Assembly: GCA_000165345.1 (NCBI GenBank)
Contig: CM000433.1
Location: 864,001-928,000 of the forward strand
Direction: 5' to 3'
DNA length: 64,000 nucleotides
Below are positions 58,530-64,000 of the stretch, one piece after another. The number at the start of each line of letters is the position of its first letter. Position 1 is the stretch's first letter. Under the pieces are notes generated by a model, which had not been told where the DNA came from, ran no database searches, and saw only the letters and a list, made by a program, of their open reading frames with translations. A program made the position numbers and the translations under genes.

Positions 58530-60155
58530 GTGGAGGAAATAATGGAAGCTTTTCCAAATAATTGGAAATTTTTCAAGGTAAATTTTGACGAAACAAAATG
58601 GGACTTCCTTGTAGATGGAGGAATGCACTCCGTATTCTTAACAACTTCCAACATAAAGCTGAGTTTCAATAATTGTCTCCGATATAATCAATTTTATTTT
58701 TCCGAGAAGAACAACTCTGCAATTATTTCTATTTTTAATGATCAAGAAAATCAAGTATTTGATAATTTTGAAGTTGTTATGAGTTATTTTGTTCTAAAGG
58801 TTGAAAAGAAGCCTACAAATGTTATTGAAGATATAATAAATAAGATTCTCTTTGAATTTGGACTTAACAAAACTCAATTATCCAGATGTATTATTTCACC
58901 AAGAGTTCCTCTTCTATTTATTCAAAAAAATTTATTTCGGCTTGGATGGTTTGAACCAAATCTATCTTTAATTAATATTCCATTTTTTCCATTAAGTGCA
59001 TGCAATATACACACAAAGTGCGCGCCCCATTTTTTTAATTTAGAATTTAAGCCTAAATGTGTATTACCATTATTAATTGGTGATTTTACACTTTACAGAG
59101 TTCTTCAGAAATTGATTTTAGATAATTCTTGGATAATATGTTCTTCTGGTCTAAGTCAGAAAAAAATTGACCAAGAGTTTGGCTTATTATTAAGATTTAA
59201 AAGATTATGTGGGGTAAAAAATATACCTTGCCAGATTTCTATACAAAAATTATCAAAAGATGACAATTTTGAAAATATATACTCTCCTATTCATTTATTC
59301 TTTTCTAAATCAAAAGATCAAATTTTTTCTGAATTCTTAAAAGCATTAAAAATCTCTGGAAAAGTTATACAAAATAATTCAATTATTAACTTCAATCATT
59401 TATTAAAAAATTCTAACTTTACAGAAATTATTCAAAATGAAATCCCTATATTTTCTGACTCTCTTTCACATTTTTCACAAATTTTTCACAAGTTAATATT
59501 ATGTCAAACTTTTTGTGCTGGACAACAAATTTTGGCTTATTATTTATTTATTGTTCTTAAATTTATTATACCTATTAATGAGATAAAGAAATTAATTAAT
59601 AATCAAACTGTCAATATTTCTACTGTAATGGAAGAGCTATCATCAATTTCTTCAAGTTTAATGAATATTGAATTTTATCATGATAAAGCTGTTGAGAATT
59701 TTCAATTTGGATTATTATATTTAACAAAACTTATTTTTCATATTAAAAAGAATTCTTTATATAAAAATCAATTCAATAAAAATATCAAGGAGGTAATAGA
59801 TAATGATGTAGAATTCAGCTATGCTATTAAAAATACAACTCTATGGCTTTCTAAATATTTCTTTGGAAGATCTGTATGTGATTGTTCATTAATTATAGTA
59901 GTTCTATATACAAATCAAAATAGTTTAACTCCTAATTATTCTGACTTTAAACTAATTAAGACATTCAGTACAGATCACAAATTGAATCTAAATTATTCTA
60001 AAGTTTGGGCTCAAATTAAGATAATTGATATTTCCAATAAACCTTTGGAAAAAATTGATTTTTGGAAGTCTCAATTCTTATACTTAGTTAAGAAGTTACT
60101 AATCAATTATAAAAAGACAAAAAAAGCGAAATTAAAGGATATGGAAATACTTTAA
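58530..60155 (+). CDS. Hypothetical protein, Leu/Ile/Phe-rich and helical
   Basis: 541-aa ORF from ATG to TAA. It shares a 275-bp divergent promoter region with CWC25, which contains the 14-bp palindrome TGGCGCGCGCGCCA. No recognisable domain. Confidence 0.5.
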   Translation: MEEIMEAFPNNWKFFKVNFDETKWDFLVDGGMHSVFLTTSNIKLSFNNCLRYNQFYFSEKNNSAIISIFNDQENQVFDNFEVVMSYFVLKVEKKPTNVIEDIINKILFEFGLNKTQLSRCIISPRVPLLFIQKNLFRLGWFEPNLSLINIPFFPLSACNIHTKCAPHFFNLEFKPKCVLPLLIGDFTLYRVLQKLILDNSWIICSSGLSQKKIDQEFGLLLRFKRLCGVKNIPCQISIQKLSKDDNFENIYSPIHLFFSKSKDQIFSEFLKALKISGKVIQNNSIINFNHLLKNSNFTEIIQNEIPIFSDSLSHFSQIFHKLILCQTFCAGQQILAYYLFIVLKFIIPINEIKKLINNQTVNISTVMEELSSISSSLMNIEFYHDKAVENFQFGLLYLTKLIFHIKKNSLYKNQFNKNIKEVIDNDVEFSYAIKNTTLWLSKYFFGRSVCDCSLIIVVLYTNQNSLTPNYSDFKLIKTFSTDHKLNLNYSKVWAQIKIIDISNKPLEKIDFWKSQFLYLVKKLLINYKKTKKAKLKDMEIL

Positions 60156-60425
60156 AATCATTATTTTTAACAATTAGTATATTTTTTTTTATATTAATAG
60201 TAATTTTAAGTACTTTATCGGATATAATTCAAGTTTTCTAATCTTTTCCATCATCCTCCGTATTATTGCATATATTGATTTTGCAATTTATTATATAACT
60301 TATATTCGATTTCAAAATCTGAGGAGAAATCGAACTCCTTGTGTATTATTATTAGATTCTCATTCACATATCTTTAGTAATTAACCAATGAATTTGAGGT
60401 GATGAAAACCTTTATAGAAGATCCT

Positions 60426-62924
60426 CTATATATTTCCCCCAATGCTCTTCCTAGATCCAACACTACTCCTTCTATAATTAAGGCTTTCCTCTAAACTGAA
60501 TCTTGGAGTTATTGATGCTCCTTTTTGTATTCTCAGTAATGTGTCTTCAACCACTTCCATTGAATCACCGTTAGAGTTGTATCCAACATGTTGTTGTTCA
60601 TCTTCTTCAATAGTATCAAATGCCTTTTTTGCCAGTAATCTTTGGAAGTTTTGCATTCCTATTTCAGCATCATCTAGAAGAGACATGCAATCATTCAAAA
60701 CTGCAATACTTTCCATTTGAATAAACTGTGACTGGTGACATTCATTTAATAGCTCATCAATATCAATATCAGGTTTTTTATTTTCTTGTATATTATTTGG
60801 ATCAATTTCTGCAACACCATTATCTTCAAAAGATATTACAGGAGTAGGAGAGCATAAATTGCTTGTATCACTTTTATCAACATCGCTATTTTCTTGTTCT
60901 CCCTCTTCTTTTCTAGAATTAGCTTTTGGTGATTCAAAATTCTGATTAATAGGAGTTTTAGTCGATTCTAATTCATTCAAAAGAATATTTGTAGATTTGA
61001 GAATATATTCAAAGTCTTCTGGCATAACATTAATACTTTCATGATCATCTTCCTGATTCTTATCAATTCCAGATGAGAATAATCTTGAATTCAACTCTTC
61101 TGCTTCCTCTAAAGCTTTATTTAATCTATTTATATTCAAATTCAAAAGACCAATTTTACTGATCAATTCATCTCTTTCTGAATTCACTGTTTGATACTTA
61201 TCTTCGTTATATTTAACTTCAGGAATCCATGACATTATATCATGTAATTCCAACTCCTTCTCGCTTTCATGTTCAAAAGCTTTATTCAAGAAATACTTAT
61301 GAATACCACTAATTGCTTTAATCATTAACTCGTCATCAATATAATTACATGAAGAACCAGACTGATCTCCTTCATTATCATTTTTTTGGTTAATGGATTT
61401 TTCGAATAATCTGATTTCCTCTTTTGATAGCTGAACAAGCCTCAAACAGATATTGCTGTCAACAGTCATTGTATCCAGCATTTTATTATAGTCTATTTTA
61501 ACATTGGACCCATTTTCTTGATCAAAATCTATGGTATCAAACCTATCTTCATGTTCTTGATAATCAATTAGCGGAATTTCACCTGGATCAAACTTCAATT
61601 CCTCAAACTCTGGGAGAGTTTCTTCTTTTTGTTGAACTTTAGATCTCCTTGAAGAAAATCGTACTTGTTTAGAATAATTATCATCAGAAGCATCAATGCT
61701 TTTTCTTAAAATACTTCCTGTAGTTCTTTGCTTTGCTTCTTCTCTTTTACTACTTTCACTTAATTCTTTCCTCTTTACAGTAATATCAACTTTTGGAGAT
61801 GGCCCAACACCAATCTCACTAGTTTTTGTCTCAATTAGTTCAACAACATCATCGCTTTGATTTTCTTGAAGAAGATTAATATCTCTAAGAGGAGTATCAC
61901 CACCAACCATTGCATCACAATGAATCTTTATTCCTTTTTGGTGAAATTGTTTCTGAACAGGTATATTTTGATTTACTATAGACTTCTCAGAGCGATTTTC
62001 AAGATAACTCCTGTTAGAATTAGCATAATTAGCTTTTTCATGTTCATGATTAAAATGATTTTGGCGATAATTTTGATTTACAAATTCACGATTAACCTCT
62101 TTGGAGCTTCCTACATGAATTAAGTTACCATTTACTGTTCTAACCATCTCTGATCTAAAGGATTTCAGTGGAGTTTCTATTGAATAGATACCATCATTTA
62201 CACTATAAACATTACTTTGATATTCTTCTGGTTTATTGTTGAATTCTATATTACTTCCATTGACTATAATATTCTCGTCATTTTTAGAACGACTAAAGTG
62301 CTGATCACGAATACTATTCAAATATTCCTCATGGTCTTGAGTTGTATCCTTATTAATTTTTGGCCAATAATCTTCCGTTCTAGGGAGAGGAGGTAGATTT
62401 GAAGATCCTTTTTCAGCTCTTTTTCTGAGAGAATTTTCCATAGATTTATCTAGAATATTAGCACCAACTTGTCTCATAGACATTGCTTTGCTTCTTGTAT
62501 TATACATGAATGTATTTTTAGAGTTATTATTAATGGAATGATTTGTTGGATAATTTCTTGATGATAAATCATCTTGGAATATATCAACATTTTCATTTTG
62601 GTGTAATATTCTAGAATGATTAATTTCATTTCTTTCATCAACAGATTCTTGTGGAATTAATGTTCTTTTTCTTCGAACTTTGGGGACTGCTCTCGCTTCC
62701 ATATTTTTATTATATCTATCTTGCATAATCATATTATTCATATTTGCTCTTGATAATCCGTGTTTTATAGGATTTGTTGACATATGTGGCTGATCTAGTT
62801 CCATTGGAGATTCGGTCATATTCCTATAATAATTTTCATCTGGTAAATTGATTGATTCCAAGTATGGACTTTCTGTACCATGTTCTCCGCCAATCGCAGA
62901 TCCATATCTTCTCTTTCTCGCCAT
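60426..62924 (-). CDS. Hypothetical low-complexity protein with coiled coils
   Basis: 832-aa ORF (MARKRRYGSAIGGEHG...). The protein is rich in N, S, E and K. Coiled-coil segments include DELISKIGLLNLNINRLNKALEEAEELNSRL. No recognisable catalytic domain. Confidence 0.5.
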   Translation of the reverse strand: MARKRRYGSAIGGEHGTESPYLESINLPDENYYRNMTESPMELDQPHMSTNPIKHGLSRANMNNMIMQDRYNKNMEARAVPKVRRKRTLIPQESVDERNEINHSRILHQNENVDIFQDDLSSRNYPTNHSINNNSKNTFMYNTRSKAMSMRQVGANILDKSMENSLRKRAEKGSSNLPPLPRTEDYWPKINKDTTQDHEEYLNSIRDQHFSRSKNDENIIVNGSNIEFNNKPEEYQSNVYSVNDGIYSIETPLKSFRSEMVRTVNGNLIHVGSSKEVNREFVNQNYRQNHFNHEHEKANYANSNRSYLENRSEKSIVNQNIPVQKQFHQKGIKIHCDAMVGGDTPLRDINLLQENQSDDVVELIETKTSEIGVGPSPKVDITVKRKELSESSKREEAKQRTTGSILRKSIDASDDNYSKQVRFSSRRSKVQQKEETLPEFEELKFDPGEIPLIDYQEHEDRFDTIDFDQENGSNVKIDYNKMLDTMTVDSNICLRLVQLSKEEIRLFEKSINQKNDNEGDQSGSSCNYIDDELMIKAISGIHKYFLNKAFEHESEKELELHDIMSWIPEVKYNEDKYQTVNSERDELISKIGLLNLNINRLNKALEEAEELNSRLFSSGIDKNQEDDHESINVMPEDFEYILKSTNILLNELESTKTPINQNFESPKANSRKEEGEQENSDVDKSDTSNLCSPTPVISFEDNGVAEIDPNNIQENKKPDIDIDELLNECHQSQFIQMESIAVLNDCMSLLDDAEIGMQNFQRLLAKKAFDTIEEDEQQHVGYNSNGDSMEVVEDTLLRIQKGASITPRFSLEESLNYRRSSVGSRKSIGGNI

Positions 62925-63321
62925 TTCTCACTTCAGAATTGAAGTTTATTATGGCGAGTAAATAAAAAGGGAAAAAAAAAAGAACTTGGACCAACTCTTT
63001 CCTGCAAATTTAATAAACTTCTTGAATATCAATTTCAGTATTCAACTGTCCTTTTACTTAATAACTTTGGTAATAAACGAATGAGTAATATATAAATATT
63101 TTTATAAATTTTTTAAAATATTACTTATATTACTATAAAAGTTTCTTTTTCTTCAGGAAATTTAATTCATTAATTCAGAATTTTTCACATTTATTTGTAT
63201 TCACACAGGACTGAATAACTTTATCAATATATACCACTTTCTTCCGAAATATTATGTTACAATTTATATTATTTCAATTATTTTTTTTTTTTTTCTTAAA
63301 TTAATTAATTTTTAAAAAATA

Positions 63322-63358
<37 letters not shown>

Positions 63359-63820
63359 CACTAATTATTTATCTTTACATAATTTTTTACACGTCATATA
63401 TTTTTTTTGTTTGCGTGTGGGGGGCTATACCGGTGTTTGCATGCTTGTCCACTTGAAATTATTTTACTCTATAAATAATTCAAAGTAAAAAATTAATAAA
63501 CTATTAGATTAAATAAAAAAAATTTAATTAGGAAATGAATAAATACACACAATAAATAAAGTAATTTGGAAATTTTTATTTTTTATCCTAGTTATTTTTC
63601 AGATTTCTTTTCCTGATTTTTCAAGCTTTAATTCGTATTTTTCTAAATTTTATCTAAATTTTATTCATCCTCACAAAGTGGCGCTCATTGGCGGCAACTT
63701 TATGAAATTTTATCTTAGAAATAGAAATAGCCAAGAATATGCAATCATAAGAATAACTTGATGTGATGATTAATCAAAATAAAACAGATCGATTTGTGTG
63801 TAGTGTCCAAAAAGAAAGCA

Positions 63821-64000
63821 ATGACGAATGAATTATTGGATTCAGATGAAATAAATAAGGTTTGGAATCAAAGCCATGAAGATAAAACTACTTTTTCTGT
63901 CATATTTTCACTAGCTCAAGGCATGTTTTGTATAGTAAATATGATTTTTGGATATTTTATATTATTTAACCACTTTAATCAACTTCTTGAAAATAGATAT
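63821..64000 (+). CDS. Partial CDS (N-terminus of a membrane protein) running off the window end
   Basis: The ATG at 63821 gives MTNELLDSDEINKVWNQSHEDKTTFSVIFSLAQGMFCIVNMIFGYFILFNHFNQLLENRY, open to the window end. The promoter-type motifs GTGGCGC...TTGGCGGC (63678..63695) and ATACCGGTG/TTTGCATGC (63427..63444) lie 130-400 bp upstream. Confidence 0.4.
   Translation, partial: MTNELLDSDEINKVWNQSHEDKTTFSVIFSLAQGMFCIVNMIFGYFILFNHFNQLLENRY

Overview
This window reads as AT-rich (about 75-80% A+T by eye), gene-dense nuclear DNA from a unicellular eukaryote. It uses the standard genetic code: long ORFs terminate at TAA, TAG or TGA, and none contain in-frame TAA or TAG. I can support about 33 protein-coding genes on both strands, roughly one per 2 kb, and about a third of them are interrupted by short introns of 57-535 nt. 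The intron models I could resolve use a GT donor (GTAAGT, GTATGT, GTAAGA, GTGAGT or GTAGGT) and an AG acceptor preceded by a T-rich tract; the one I could not resolve (45287..47303) is listed separately. No rRNA, tRNA, CRISPR array or mobile element is recognisable. The genes I can name are ordinary housekeeping genes; they are listed with coordinates under features. Several entries in the ORF track start at TTG rather than ATG, which marks exon boundaries. From that I rebuilt multi-exon models for the dynactin, CTNNBL1, BSDC1, helicase, pseudo-protease, CWC25 and Aly/REF-like genes. The most interesting signal lies between the genes. Against the AT-rich background, a small set of GC-containing motifs recurs far more often than chance predicts. 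These are bipartite E2F-like TGGCGCC(A) plus TTTGGCGG(G) sites, the palindrome TGCATGCA, a composite ATACCGG(C/T)AT plus AATGACGT element, and TGACGTGT boxes. This motif repertoire, and the AT-rich compact genome, most resemble an apicomplexan such as Cryptosporidium. That lineage call is an inference and cannot be proven from the sequence alone. Other findings are listed below. One is a membrane-anchored pepsin-like protein in which both catalytic triads are degenerate. Another is a pair of nearby paralogous multi-pass membrane RING ligases, one carrying an apparent frameshift. There are also candidate unannotated micro-exon genes.
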